From Octopus vulgaris (Eukaryota), in NCBI GenBank assembly GCA_951406725.2, contig OX597834.1, forward strand, positions 37,386,001 through 37,450,000: a stretch of DNA of 64,000 nucleotides, written 5' to 3'. How positions within the stretch are numbered: position 1 is the stretch's first letter; the number at the start of each line of letters is the position of its first letter. The notes under the pieces are model-generated. The model saw only the letters and a program-made list of their open reading frames with translations, made no database searches and had not been told where the DNA came from. Below, one piece after another: positions 26,267 through 39,109 of the stretch. A program made the position numbers and the translations under genes.

Positions 26267-26670
26267 GGCACGTGGCTTAGTGGTTAGGGTATTCAGTTCA
26301 CGATCGCAAGGTCATGAGTTCAATTTCCAGTGACATGTGTCCTTGAGCAAGAGACTTTGTTTCACGTTGCTCCAGTCCACTCAGTACTTGTATTTCAAAG
26401 GGCTTGCCTTGTCATACTCTGTATCATGCTGAATCTCCCTCAGAAGTACGTTAAAGTATGTGTCTGTGGAGTACTCAGCCACTTGCACATTAATATCATA
26501 AGCAGGCTATTCCATTGATCGGATCAACTGGAACCCTCATCATATTAACCTATGGAATGCCTTGAGAACTGTGTTAAGGGTATATGTGTCTGTGGAGTGC
26601 TCAGCCACTTGCATATTAATATCATAAGCAGGCTGTTCCCTTGATTGGATCAACTGGATCCCTTGTCATA
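26267..26670 (+). mobile_element. tRNA-derived SINE family D copy with duplicated 3' block
   Basis: ggcacgtggcttagtggttagg..gagttcaatt..tgtgtccttgagcaag..cacgttgctccagtccactcag; block gttaa..tatgtgtctgtggagt.ctcagccacttgca..ggatcaactgga repeated; relatives at 8548-8730, 40470-40790 (-), 51280-51590 (-). Confidence 0.75.
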
Positions 26671-28146
26671 TATATACACGATGGTATTCTTTCAGTTTCC
26701 GCCTACCAAATCCACTCACAAGGCTTTGGTCAGCCCAAGACTATTATAGAAGACACTTGCCCAAGAGGCCATGCAATGGGACTGAACTTGGAACCATGTG
26801 GTTGGTAAGCAAGCAACTTACCACTCAGCCACCCCTACATAAGCATTTTTCACATTATGTACAATAATTATGGATTAAATTTTTGTGTTCGATATTTTTA
26901 TATCCCATTTGAATGAAAATAGTGTTGAAAAATATAGACCTAACATATGACCAGATCGACTTATGACTCGTCAGTCAGAACAGAACTCAGTCATAAGTCA
27001 AGGAGGTTTTATTCTACATTACCTCACTTCACCGATCTGTCAGTAGGTACCACCAGACCATTTAGTGAAAGTTATCTAAGATAGACTGGTGTCACATCCT
27101 TGAGGATATTTATCACAGATCAGTGTCCCTTTAGTGATACAATATATTCTACATTACCTCACTTCACCCATCTCTCAGTAGGTACCACCAAGACCGTTTG
27201 GTGAATGTTACCTTTAATAAACTAGCATCAAATCTGAAGAGAAAGAAGTGCAGAATTATCTGTCATCTCCTTCACAACGAGAAATCACAACTAAACCACT
27301 ACCATCACCACCACCACCCAACACAAACAGACACACACACACATATACACCCATCACTCCACCACATCCCACTCCGCTCCCTATTTTTTATTTCCTTTCC
27401 ATATGTTGTAAATATGTAACTTGGAAACCGAAAGTAAATAAATAAGCAACCATTACAGACTTTGGAGTTAATTCCATCTGATAAAAATCACAGACTTTGG
27501 AGTTAAATCTGACTGAACAACAGTCTTTGATAAGTCTAAAATTTAGTATTGATAAATTATATTCTATCTTTCGGTTGACTTAACTGTTTGAATCTTATTG
27601 CATTATTTTTTTCTTCCCCATATTTAGAATTATAAAGTCAAAATATTGATTCTCTATCTTTGATGATGGTTTCACCATGTTAGTTTCTACAATCCAGTTA
27701 GAATTTCAAGAAAGTTTCAAAGACAACAATGTGGTTTTGTACTTAAATCTTTGGTATGGAACAATCTTTGTCATAAATTAACCAAACTTGTGCCAATAGT
27801 AATGATTTCTTGTATTGATATAATACTATAAACTCTATACTATACCTTGAGGGTATGTTCTGATACATCTCCACTACCATCTATCTGTCTGTGTCTGTCT
27901 GTTTGTCCATCTTTCTCTCTCTTTCTCTATCTTTCTCTCTTACCCCCATCTCTCTCATTTCTCTTCTGTCCTTTGCAACTAGGCTAGCCATCATGCATCA
28001 CCTCTATAGTAAGGCACCTACCCTCTGTCCCCCTCTTATACTTTAATCTCCCAACAGGTACAAAGCCACTCTCCTCCTCCTCCTCTTCCTCCCCCTCCCC
28101 ATCTCCCACCTCCTCCTCCTGGCTTAATGCTCAGGAAGTGAAAAAA

Positions 28147-28184
28147 TCTTTAACGTTTCGAGCCTACGCTCTTCCACAGAAAGA
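28147..28184 (-). ncRNA. Hammerhead-like motif with variant core (CUGUGGA)
   Basis: Minus strand TCTTT-CTGTGGA-A-GAGC(GTAG)GCTC-GAAACGTT-AAAGA: stem I TCTTT/AAAGA, stem II GAGC/GCTC, palindromic AACGTT; A6 of the core replaced by U. Confidence 0.5.
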
Positions 28185-28243
28185 AACAAGGAGAGAAAAT
28201 AAAGAATGTGTAGTGGCTATGTATACCTCTCTCTCACTCTCTG

Positions 28244-28291
<48 letters not shown>

Positions 28292-29212
28292 CTAACCTCA
28301 ATTTATGTCAATAGTTTCCAAGACATGTGACTTAACATGAAAAATGATGTAACACAAGAAAAACATTTCTTAAACTTTATTAACTTACATCTGTTTTAGT
28401 AAATATGATTTCTACATATTTCAACATGTATTTTCTTGGATTTTTTTTTCTACTTCAGAATTGGTTTTTAGGTAGGTTTCTTTTATTTATTATTTTTTTT
28501 TTAATATAATTTCCATGTTGTAAATATGTTCACTAAGACCAACATAAATTCAGATAAATTGATTGAAATTCAAGTTTAGTTTTTCTATTAATCTTTTCAG
28601 AAAAAAAAAAACCCCAAAAAACAGAAAAAAAAAAATTAACATAAATTTGATAAAAATGTAACTTGACATTAGTTGAGATACGCCTGGATAATGTGTGTAT
28701 TATCATCATCATCATCATTACCATCGTCTTCATAGTCATCATCATCATCATCAATGTCATCATCATCATCATCATTACCATCGTCTTCATAGTCATCATC
28801 ATCATCATCATCATCATTTAACGTCCGTTTTCCATGCTGGCATGAGTTGGACTATTTGACCAGAGCTGGCAAGCTGCACAAGGATCCTGTCTGATTCAGC
28901 GTGGTTTCTACAGCTGGATGCCCTTCCTGGTGCCAACTGCTTTACAGAGTGTGCTAGGTGCTTTTACGTGGCACTGCATGAGTGCTCTTATGTGGCACTG
29001 GCTCGAATACATTTCAAGTGACACTGGCAGAGGACTCTTGAAAGTCAATCCTCTTCAGCAGGGGGAGCAGCCTTAACTCTTCTGCTGTGGAAGATGGACC
29101 TCCTTGAATGCAGCAAGATGCCAAGAATCTTGGTCCTTTGTCATCGCATCTCAAAATTTCAGTGACCTGAGGTCATCCTTCAGTGCTTTGGGTGTATATA
29201 TATTCTTTTGTT

Positions 29213-29622
29213 CTTTTATTCGTTTACTTCAATGATTTAACTGTGGCCATGCTGGAACACCACCTTTAGTTGAACAAACTGAACCCAGGACTTATTCTTT
29301 GTAAGCCTAGTACTTATTCTATCGGATCTCTTTTGCCGAACTGCTAAGTTACAGGGACGTAAACACACCAACAATAGTTGTCAAGCGATGGCTGGAGGAG
29401 AAATACAGACACATAAATACATGCATACACACACTCACACACACACACATATATATATATATGTATATATGATGGGCATTTTTCAGTTTCCATCTATCAA
29501 ATTCACTCACAAGACTTTGGTTGGGCCGAGGTTATAGTAGAAGACACTTGCTCAAGGTGCCACACAGTGGGACTGAACCCGGAACCATGTGGTTGGGAAG
29601 CAAGCTTCTTACCACTCAGCCA
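29213..29622 (-). mobile_element. SINE family A copy (followed by another 3' half at about 29650-29850)
   Basis: Same tail, body and head motifs in reverse complement. Confidence 0.8.
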
Positions 29623-29868
29623 CACACACACACACACATATCCTTTATCTTTTACTTGAGTCAGGTATTAGACTGTGGCCAAGCTGGGGCACTGGGCTGA
29701 AGAATTTTTCATTTAATGAATCCACATCAGTATTAATTTTTTCTAAAGCCTGCTACTTATTCTATCAGTTTCTTTTGCCAAAATGCTAAGTTACAGGAAC
29801 ATAATCACACCAACACTGATTATCAAGCAAGTAGTGGGTGATAAATTATCAGAGAGAGGCACACATGC

Positions 29869-29915
<47 letters not shown>

Positions 29916-30106
29916 AGTGGCATGTAAAAAGCACCCACTACACTCTTGGTGTGGTTGGTGTTAGGAAGGGCATCCAGCTGTAGAAACCATTCTAAATCAA
30001 ACAGAAACCTGGTGCAGCACTCCAGCTTACCAGTTTTTAGTCAAACTGTCAAACTCATGCCAGCATAGGAAACGGATATTACATGATGATAATGATGATG
30101 ATGATA

Positions 30107-30277
30107 GGCGCAGGAGTGGCTGTGTGGTAAGTAGCTTGCTAACTAACCACATGGTTCTGGGTTCAGTCCCACTGTGTGGCATCTTGGGCAAGTGTCTTCT
30201 ACTAAAGCCCCGGGCCGACCAATGCCTTGTGAGTGGATTTGGTAGACGGAAACTGGAAGAAGCCTGTCGTATATATG

Positions 30278-30312
<35 letters not shown>

Positions 30313-30525
30313 TTGTGCGTCTGTGTTTGTCCCCCCAGCATTGCTTGACAACCGATGCTGGTGTGTTTACGTCCCCATCACTGAGCGGTTCGGCAAAAAG
30401 AGACCGATAGAATAAGTACTGGGCTTACAAAGAATAAGTCCCGGGGTCGATTTGCTCGACTAAAGGCGGTGCTCCAGCATGGCCGCAGTCAAATGACTGA
30501 AACAAGCAAAAGAAAAAGAAAAAAA
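30107..30525 (+). mobile_element. tRNA-derived SINE family A, best-preserved copy (central (TA)n(TG)n tract, CR1-like tail)
   Basis: Box A TGGCTGTGTGG and box B GGTTCAGTCCC; tail GGCGGTGCTCCAGCATGGCCGCAGTCAAATGACTGAAAC plus A-rich end; at least a dozen copies in the window. Confidence 0.88.
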
Positions 30526-30579
30526 AAGATATATATATGTGTGTGTGTGTGTGAAGGAGGGGGTTTGGCTTTGGGTAAA

Positions 30580-30772
30580 AGAAAATACAGGAGAATCAGT
30601 TGATTATGATTTTATTCAACATATTCCCTCCCAGATTTACAGACTTATTGCAGCGGTCCTTCAGTTTTTCTAAGCCCTGTAAAAAAAAAAAAAAACTCTC
30701 GGAAGATTGGGTCTCTGACCAGGCCTTTCACGATATAATTAAAACCAGGAACTTTTCAACACCCGCCCTTGT
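30580..30772 (-). mobile_element. Second copy of the short mariner derivative
   Basis: gattatgattttattcaaca..tcccagatttaca..cttattgcagcggtccttcagtttttctaagccctgtaaaa..aggcctt..aacttttcaacac is the reverse complement of 59414-59590. Confidence 0.65.
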
Positions 30773-31186
30773 AAAGCTTGTAAATATTGGGTGGGAAGCC
30801 CCTTTTGGATAGGAATTGTAAGTTTATCTCGACATTTTCTAGCCAAAACGGTTTTTTAGCCAAATGTTTACATGCTGTTATTCATAGCTGGTTGTAATGT
30901 AATTTGAGATCCAATATTCCCCAAAAGAATTTTATACATGTACACATGTGTGCGTATGCATTATAATATTCTCTACACGGATGATAATGATCAAAGATCA
31001 AAATGATGGAGGTGGAATGTATGTAGATATGTATGTATGTTTGTATGTATATAGTATGTATATTGTAAAATATAGTGTAAAGATAAAGCTAATAGTTTGA
31101 AAAATTATTATCTTCATCAACAAGTCATTTGAGACATTTAGACATTTAATCAATTAACAACACAGAATATTTGCACATGTGCACGT

Positions 31187-31225
<39 letters not shown>

Positions 31226-32929
31226 GGAGAGAGTAAATGAGAGAGAGGGAGAGAAAGAGAGTGAGCTCTGTGAAACATCATAAATATGTGATGATGTGAT
31301 GTGGGAGGTGTGTATACACACTCCTAGAGATGTATAAGAGCCGTATCATCCGATGACGGAGGTGTGTATACGTTAACAGATGTGTGAGAACCGGCTTGTT
31401 ATCTGAGACTCGCAGAAAGGTGTGGGTGTTCATATGTTCCTGGAGGTGTGAGAATCGTATCGTCGTGTACGTAAAGGGTGGTACATATCCTGTTAAATGT
31501 GTAAAAGCCATATCGTTGTCATCCCGGAGATGCGTGTGTGTGTGTGTTACCAAGCCTGAGAAGTTGTATCACTCTATGTATGTACGTATGTGTCTGTGTG
31601 TGTGTGTGTGTATGTATGTATGTTTGTATGTATGTATGTATGTATGTATGTGTGTGTGTGCATGTGTGTGTATGTATGTATGTTTGTATGTATGTATGTA
31701 TGTGTGTGTATGTGTGTGTGTGTGCATGTGTGTGTATGTATGTATGTTTGTATGTATGGGTGTGTATGTGTGTGTGCATGTGTGTGTGTGAAGTATATGT
31801 TACCAAGCATGAGAAGTTGTATCACCCTATGTATGTACATATGTGTGTGTGTGTGTGTGCATGTATGTAAGTATGTATGTGTGTATGTGCATGTGTGTGT
31901 GTGTGTGAAGTATATGTTACCAAACATGAGAAGTTGTATCACTCTATGTATGTATGTATGTATGTATGTATGTGTGTATGTGTGTGAAGAGGTGTATGTG
32001 TTTCTAGGTATGTGAGTGATGAAAGCGTTTGTTGTTCTATTAAGCATCAAAGCTGAAGTATTTTGTGATTTTGTGCCACTGAATAGCGAAAACTCTGATG
32101 ACTTTTGGCTGCTTTGAATAAACGTGTGGCATGGCATCCATGGAAGACCATCAGAATGAAGAATATATCACCATCACTGCCATCATCATCATCACGAAAA
32201 ATTCCATTAAAACAACCATCATCCTCCTCATAACTACCACCACCACTACCACCAACATCGTAACCACCACCGCCATCATCATCATAACTACCACTACCAC
32301 CATCGCCATCATCATAACCACTACCACTGCCATCATCATCACAGTCATCATGGCCACCACCACCACCATCACCATAACCACCACTACCACCACCACCGCC
32401 ATCATCATAACTACTACCACTGTCACCACTGCCATCATCACCACAGCCATCATGGCCACAACCACCACCACCACCACCACCACCACCATCATAACCACTA
32501 CCATCGTCGCTGTTTAGCATCTAATTTGTATGGCTGTAAAGAAATCCATTGAGGCAGATTTTCCTATGGCCGGATGCCCTTCCAGTTGCCAACCTTTACT
32601 TGTTTCCAAACAAAGGTAATGTTTCCTCATGGCTAGACTTTTTTGGTTTTTTTTTGTTTTTCAGAAAGACAGGAAATGAATGGTACCACAAGAATGACAA
32701 TGACACTTATTTATAGCTATCATACAATCTCATGAAAAGGGTACACAAACACACACACACACACAACACACACACTAACATACAAACACACACACACCAA
32801 CATACACACATACATAAATACATAAATGCACATACCAACACACAAACGCATGCACGCACACACACACACACACCAACATACAAGTTAAGCTGATGACATT
32901 AACCCCAGTGTTTCACTGGTACTTAATTT

Positions 32930-33355
32930 TCTTCCCAGACTTGAGGTGGTTTCATGGCAAAGAATTCATCAAATTATCTTTTTACGTCATCTAAGCAATT
33001 GAAATTTTTACCGTTATGAACTATTCTGCAGAGACCTGAATAAGTGGGAATCTGAAGGAGCAATGTCTGGTGAATGTGGAGGGTGGGGTAACACATCCCA
33101 GCCGAGCTGCAGCAATTTTTATCTGCTTCCCAAAGCATCAAGTGCCAAAAACGAACTTTCTTATCTTCCATTTTAAAGGGTTACAGAATTAACACAGGTT
33201 ATAGGAACATAAACCTTCTTCCACGAAAAGATAGCTGAAACAGTGCTCTAAATGGAGGTGCAGTCAAATCCTATTTGATGGACTCAACCATGTTCTAAAA
33301 TAAGTCGAAAGGTAAGCTACTATAAATCGGCACGAACTTTCCGGACAACCCAATA
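32930..33355 (-). mobile_element. Deleted mariner (DD34D) relic about 120 bp inside the intron following the rhomboid exon
   Basis: Minus-strand TIR TATTGGGTTGTCCGGAAAGTTCGTGCCGATT at 33355; [31 protein letters not shown] / NGKNFNCLDDVKR*FDEFFAMKPPQ is the YSPDLAP(S)D block of mariner. Confidence 0.85.
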
Positions 33356-33477
33356 TTTAAGTCAAAATATAAAACTTGATATATAACATTATAAACTCCA
33401 GAAACCCACAAGTAAATGAAACACATAAAAAGAATAAATAAAATTTTGAAATATAAAAAATAATGGTATATATTTAC

Positions 33478-33711
33478 CTCCATTAAAGTAATTACTGGTA
33501 CAAAGATGGGTGGAGGCCAGCAGCTGTAGCGGTCAGCATAGTACTGTCTGTCCAGTTCATCAGTAAGAAACTCCTTTGCAATTTTGCGTACCATTCTTCT
33601 GAAACGAGAATCCTTCCTACTCTGCAGGTAGACAAAATTGTCACTCCAGCCGTCCACAGCTTCTCGGCTCTGCACAGCCAGTCGGAAGCTTGGATTTCTT
33701 TTGTTGCTCAT
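33478..33711 (-). CDS. RHBDL3: Internal coding exon (78 codons, phase 0/0) of a rhomboid-like intramembrane serine protease, RHBDL1/RHBDL3 (Rho-4/ventrhoid) type; encodes the cytosolic linker and start of TM1
   Basis: Translation MSNKRNPSFRLAVQ...RMVRKIAKEFLTDELDRQYYADRYSCWPPPIFVPVITLME matches the recalled RHBDL3 segment MSNKRSNSFRQAI...VAYETLPREIDRKWYYDSYTCCPPPWFMITVTLLE. Minus-strand acceptor gtccctttctttccttttaaccAG at 33712-33713 and donor GAG|GTAAAT at 33477-33476. Exact orthology (RHBDL1 vs RHBDL3) cannot be resolved from one exon. Confidence 0.92.
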
Positions 33712-35020
33712 CTGGTTAAAAGGAAAGAAAGGGACAACTGTTACTATGATACTGCAACAACAACAACAACTGCAATAGCAACAACAACTGTAATAGCAAA
33801 TATGTGAATTGTTATTACAACAAAAAAAAGAAGGAAAAAAAAAAGCAATGAACATGTAAACAGAACAGACAAATAGAGAGGAGGATGGGGGTGGGTGTCA
33901 GGGTTGGAAAGGAGAGGGGTTTATGGACCCAGAAAGGAGTGGATAGGAAGGTGGATGGTTAGGGGCTGGAGAAGGATGGCTGGATGGTTAGATGGTTGTC
34001 TGGGTAGGGTGGACTGAGTGGATAGATGGATGGATGAGGGAATGGAAAGGTGGACGGTTGGATAAGTGGGCGGGTGGGTGGATGGATGAGTCAACTGAGG
34101 GATGGGGGGTTGGCTAAGAGCATGGGTAGTTATTAGGAATGGTACATGATGGTTGGGGTTGAAGTAGTAGTGGTGTTGGTGGTGGTGGTGGAGGTATTGT
34201 TGGCAGTGTTAGTGTTAATATTGGTGGTATAGGTGGTTGTGGTGTTGGTTGGTGGTGTTGTTGTTGTGGTGGAGGTGGAGGTGGAAGTGGTGTTGGTGGT
34301 AGTGGTGTTGGTGGTTGTGCTGGTGCTTTTGATGGTGTTAGTGATTTTGTTGGTGGTGATGTTGGTGATGATGATGGTGGTGGTGGTGGTAGTGTTGTTA
34401 GTGTTAGTGTTGGTGGTGGTCTTGGTGGTACTGATGTTGTGCAGTTGGTGGTGGTGGTGGTGATAATGGTGGTAGTGGTGGTGATGATGGTGGTGGTAGC
34501 AGTTGTTGTTGTTGTCGATGGTGTTGTCAGTGGTTGTGGTGGTGGTGGTGGAGGCAAGAGGGAGGTGTGTGATGGATGTTGACAAAAATGTACGAATGGA
34601 GGTTAGAAAAAAAAAATGTAAATAAGTAAAAGAGAAAAAAAAAAGCATTTGAAGAGGAAAATATTTGAAAGTTTGTCCAAGAGAAGAGGAAAGAGATAAA
34701 TGTTAGGTAAACATGAGATATTAATGTGTACAGGGGTAGACGGGTGGTGGGGGGGTGGGGTCGATGTGGGTGGACTTGGAGGGAGGAGAAGGTAAAGGAG
34801 AGAGAGAGGGGGGGCTGGTGAGGAGGAGGGAGCAACAAATATGGACAGATTGAAAGAATGGTAAATAAACAGAATCAGCAAAGCAAATTATGGAATAAAT
34901 ATCCCAGCAATAAACAGAAAGACATTTTTGTTGTTGTTGTTGTTGTTGTTTATTTAAAATGTTTTCTGAAATATAGAAGAATAATTATAATATTAATAAT
35001 AATAATAATAATAATAATAA

Positions 35021-35355
35021 TTTTTCTCTCTAGTTCCAGCTCAGAGCTGCGGCCATTCTGATGCACCGCTGTTTAGCTACACTGTTGTTACTGAGAGCCT
35101 CCTCTGATATGTCGCACTTGATGAAAAATGGAGTTTGATGTAGCTACCCTCATTTGCACCTCTTGCCGTGAGGTAGGTTCATCTGGGACTCTCGATCGGA
35201 AGAGGTCCAGCTTTGATTTAAAAACACCTACATCTACTTTGAGCAAGTTCCTCAGGCTCTTTAGGAGAATATTAAAAAGTTGTGGGACCCTGAAACCCAG
35301 GCTGTTGCAGTAACTGGTCCTGAAGCGTGATGGTGTGGCTGGGATCTTTGGCAAT
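35021..35355 (-). mobile_element. CR1-group LINE 3' end (ORF2 C-terminus and 3' UTR)
   Basis: PKIPATPSRFRTSYCNSLGFRVPQLFNILLKSLRNLLKVDVGVFKSKLDLFRSRVPDEP...NSIFHQV* has the CR1 C-terminal F.R...L.N.LP....FK..LD..L..VPD.P pattern; followed by a short UTR with stem-loop and A-rich tail. Confidence 0.8.
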
Positions 35356-35363
35356 ATTATTAT

Positions 35364-35394
<31 letters not shown>

Positions 35395-35637
35395 TAAATA
35401 TATGTTCTTTTATTCTTTTACTTTTCAATCATTTGATGGCAGCCAAGCTGAAGCACCACCTTAAGGAGGTTTTAGTCAAACAAATCAACCCCAGGACTTT
35501 TTCTTTGTAAGCATAGTACTTATTTTATCGGTCCCTTTTGCTGAACAGCTAAGTTTCAGCAACGTAAACATACCAGCATCGGTTGTCAAGCAATTGTTGT
35601 GGGGACAAACACAGATACAAACACACAAATATATGTG

Positions 35638-35683
<46 letters not shown>

Positions 35684-36027
35684 ATGGGATAGGTTGAGAA
35701 ACAGGGGTTTAGAACAGTATCCATAATACGAGAGCCAACCCTTACACTCAATCTGTGTACGCATGTGTGTGTGTGTATTCATGCTAATGTTGGGAAAAAC
35801 AAAGCTGGTGGTGGTGGTGGTGGTGGTGGTGGTGGTGGTGGTGGTGGTGTTGTGTGACCTAGCAGTTTGACAAATGGGAATTGAGAAAATAAGTACCAGC
35901 AGTTATATAATCGACTATAAAAAAGTTGAAAGTGTTACCCTTGCTTGATCAGAAGTTTGTGGTTGTAATCAGTAAATGTTAGTGTGTGTGTATGTGTGTG
36001 TGTACATGTGTGTATTTATGTGTGTAT

Positions 36028-36257
36028 GCGGCGAGCTGGCAGAAACGTTTGCACGCCGGGTGAAATGCGTAGCCGTATTTCGTCTGTCGTTACGTTCCGA
36101 GTTCAAATTCCGCCGAGGTCGACTTTGCCTTTCATCCTTTCAGGGTCGATAAATAAAGTACCAGTTACGCACTGGGGTCGATGTAATCCACTTAAACCCT
36201 TTGTCTGTCCTTGTTTGTCCCCTCTGTGTTTAGCCCCGTGTGGGTAGTAAAGAAATA
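36028..36257 (+). mobile_element. tRNA-derived SINE family C, well-preserved copy
   Basis: gcggcgagctggcagaaacgtt..gagttcaaattcc (box B) followed by gtcgactttgcctttcatcctttc.gggtcgataaat..agtaccag; other copies at 4582-4812, 25896-26102 (-), 43860-44155, 49482-49715 (-), 54765-54975 (-), 59713-59943 (-). Confidence 0.85.
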
Positions 36258-36912
36258 TATGTGTGTATGCATGTATGTGTGCATATCTGTGTGTGTGTAC
36301 ACGATACTGTATATTGAGGTATGTGTGTGCATGTGTATGCATGTACCTGTATGGGTATGTGTATATGTATCTATGTGCATATGTGTGCATATTTGTATGC
36401 AGTTACCTGTATGTGCATCTACATGTATCTATGTAAAAGTATGTGCATGTGTTTGCAAAGTTTGTAAAGGGTTAATAGGAAATACAAAGCGTATAATTGT
36501 ACTGAACAACACACACATTTACTTACATCCACCCGCACACACACCCCCACAATGAGTATATTATATGTACGTACATGAGTGTTAGTGTTTGTGGGTTTTG
36601 GGTATTTAAAAATGATTGGAAAATATCCTGATTGCAATGTAGTGTAGAATATTGAAAAGGAAGAAATGTGGTTAATTGTCTGGAAAGCTTAAATGACTAG
36701 TGCTATTCTTCCTTTTGGCAATTTGGTTGTGTGTATGTATGTGTGTGTATGTGTGTAAGAAATATATACACAGGGAATGATGTATGCTGAGAGTGATACA
36801 TGCATATATATATATATACACAGACGCATATATACATATTTGTGTGTGTGTATATACATATATATCTATATATATATGTATGTATGTATGTATATATATA
36901 TATATATGTATG

Positions 36913-36947
<35 letters not shown>

Positions 36948-37263
36948 GTATGTAATTTTAAATTACTTAAGCATTTATTACTGAGAGTAATTTACATATG
37001 CATCTAACAAATATATCTACATACACCACCATTTATATAGACTAATTGATTCATACATACATATATATATATGTAAATATATGTTTATATATATATATAT
37101 ATCTATATATATGTGTGTGTGTGTGTGTATGTATCTATGTATGTGTTAGTAGTAATTTTGAATTATTTTGGCAATTATTCCTCTCAGTAAATAGCAATAA
37201 TTCCACTTAATTTGCATATATATCTAACAAATATATAAACTAAATAATCTATATATACTTAAG

Positions 37264-37314
<51 letters not shown>

Positions 37315-37749
37315 TTAATAATGCTTTATTTACTCAATATTATATTGTCACATTAATTTTAAATTACCCCAGCTATATATTGTTGGTAGTTTGTGTCTAG
37401 CAACCAAATATATATATCCTTATGCACACACACATATTCTCTCTTTCTCTCTCTATCTATCCATCTCACTCACTCACTCACTCATTAATTCATAGCCTTA
37501 TGCACTATCTCATATATATATCATGTGCACCCCACCTTTAGGACTGTTGTACCATATCATGTCTATGTATACTGAAAGAAATAACTGTAAGGACATGTAA
37601 TAAGTTGTGAAACACTACCTTAGAAAACCCATCCAACCCATGCCAGCATGTAAAGGCAAACATAAAACACTGGTCATGATGATGCTGACTCAGTGAATTA
37701 ACTGAAAATTACTGTATATGGAGGACCCTCATTCTACAAACACTAATAG

Positions 37750-38450
37750 AATTAGAAAGAGAAGAGTAATCTGGTTTAATCCTCTGTCTAATGTAGGTAT
37801 CTTCATGACTATCATTCTACTTTTCCTAGGCATCCTAGACATAAGTAATTCATTAATGCTCATAATGTTAAGGTAAGCTATTTGTGCTTAGATACTACTT
37901 CAAACTTTTTGGCACTCACTTTACATTTCTTAGGCATCCGTAAGAACTGTAAAATCAATAATACCCATAATGTTATGGTTAGCTACTTGTGCTTAGGTAT
38001 TACTTCAAACATTGCACACCACAGCAAAAGTATATGCTTTCAGACAAACATCATCTCATTCCCCTGTCTGTAACTTTCAATATCCCACCAACTGCCCACT
38101 TGGAGGATCTTGCTTTTCAAAGGCTATGGGTTGTGGAACGACACCCTCACCATTTGAGAATGGAAGCACACTCTCACCATGTGGGTCAAACTGTCAGTGA
38201 TTTCAAAGTTAGATTTTCACAACTCATCTACTCATTCAAGTGAAGGGAATGGCAAAAAAATTCCACTCTCTACTTGTTCAACTTCATTTAGAAACTACAT
38301 GACCAAGGATACAATATGACATGAAGAATACTTCACAAGACTTTTCCCAAACTGAAGCTGATAATTGCCAAATCTGCCTGTCAAGATAAACTGCATGTAC
38401 TGCAAATATCCTGCAGTATTCATCTCTGTGAGCAACAATATTTCTTGAAA
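37750..38450 (+). mobile_element. Decayed Penelope-like retroelement fragment (RT thumb/linker to GIY-YIG region)
   Basis: Frame-broken peptides RKRRVIWFNP, HNVKVSYLC (present twice, local duplication), CNFQYPTNCPLGGSC, DFKVRFSQLIYSFK, NCQICL..DKLHVL correspond to PLE motifs RKRNIIWFNPP, VKVSYSC, CNCR..CPLDG.C, FK.RY..H..SF, C.LCL.EK. Confidence 0.75.
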
Positions 38451-38528
38451 AAGTTCATAAACTAAACAGTATCACTTGATTTCTGTTTAGGTAGAAAGAT
38501 AGATAAACAGATAGACAGACAGACAGAT

Positions 38529-38621
<93 letters not shown>

Positions 38622-39109
38622 TAGATAGATAGATAGATAGATAGACAGATATAGATAGATGGATGGATGGACGGACAGTTGGATAGACAGATAGATAGAT
38701 AAATAGATATAGATAGAGATATAGAAATAGATATAGATAGATAGAGATAGATAGAGATAGACAGACAGATAGATAAACAGATAGTGGTAGATAGATAAAC
38801 TGATAGATAGATAGATAGATATAGAGATAGATAGATAGATAGAAAAATGGATGGACAGACATACAGACAGTCAGACTGACACATAGCTAGCTAGCTAGAT
38901 AGACAGACAGATAGATAAAGACAGACAGACAGATGGATGGACAGATGGATGGATGGACAAATAGAGAGATTGAGAGAAATTGACAGAGAGACAGATAGAT
39001 AGACAGATGGACAGACAGACAGATAGATAGATAAACAGGCAGATATGGATACATACATACTTACATACATGATGATGGCTTCAACTCAATTTCAGACAAT
39101 GTTATCACT

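Noticed and set aside
27011-27213. Tandemly duplicated mutually exclusive exons ending GAG|GTAATG
   Set aside because: The 27011 copy has stop codons in all three minus-strand frames just before the donor-like site; treated as a local direct repeat.
30107-30185. tRNA gene
   Set aside because: Has A and B boxes but continues into a multi-copy SINE body, with no convincing cloverleaf; the same applies to the family C and D heads.
33295-33855. Full 186-aa ORF as the rhomboid CDS
   Set aside because: Only 33478-33711 is bounded by splice signals and resembles rhomboids; the flanks are low-complexity intron and a mariner TIR.
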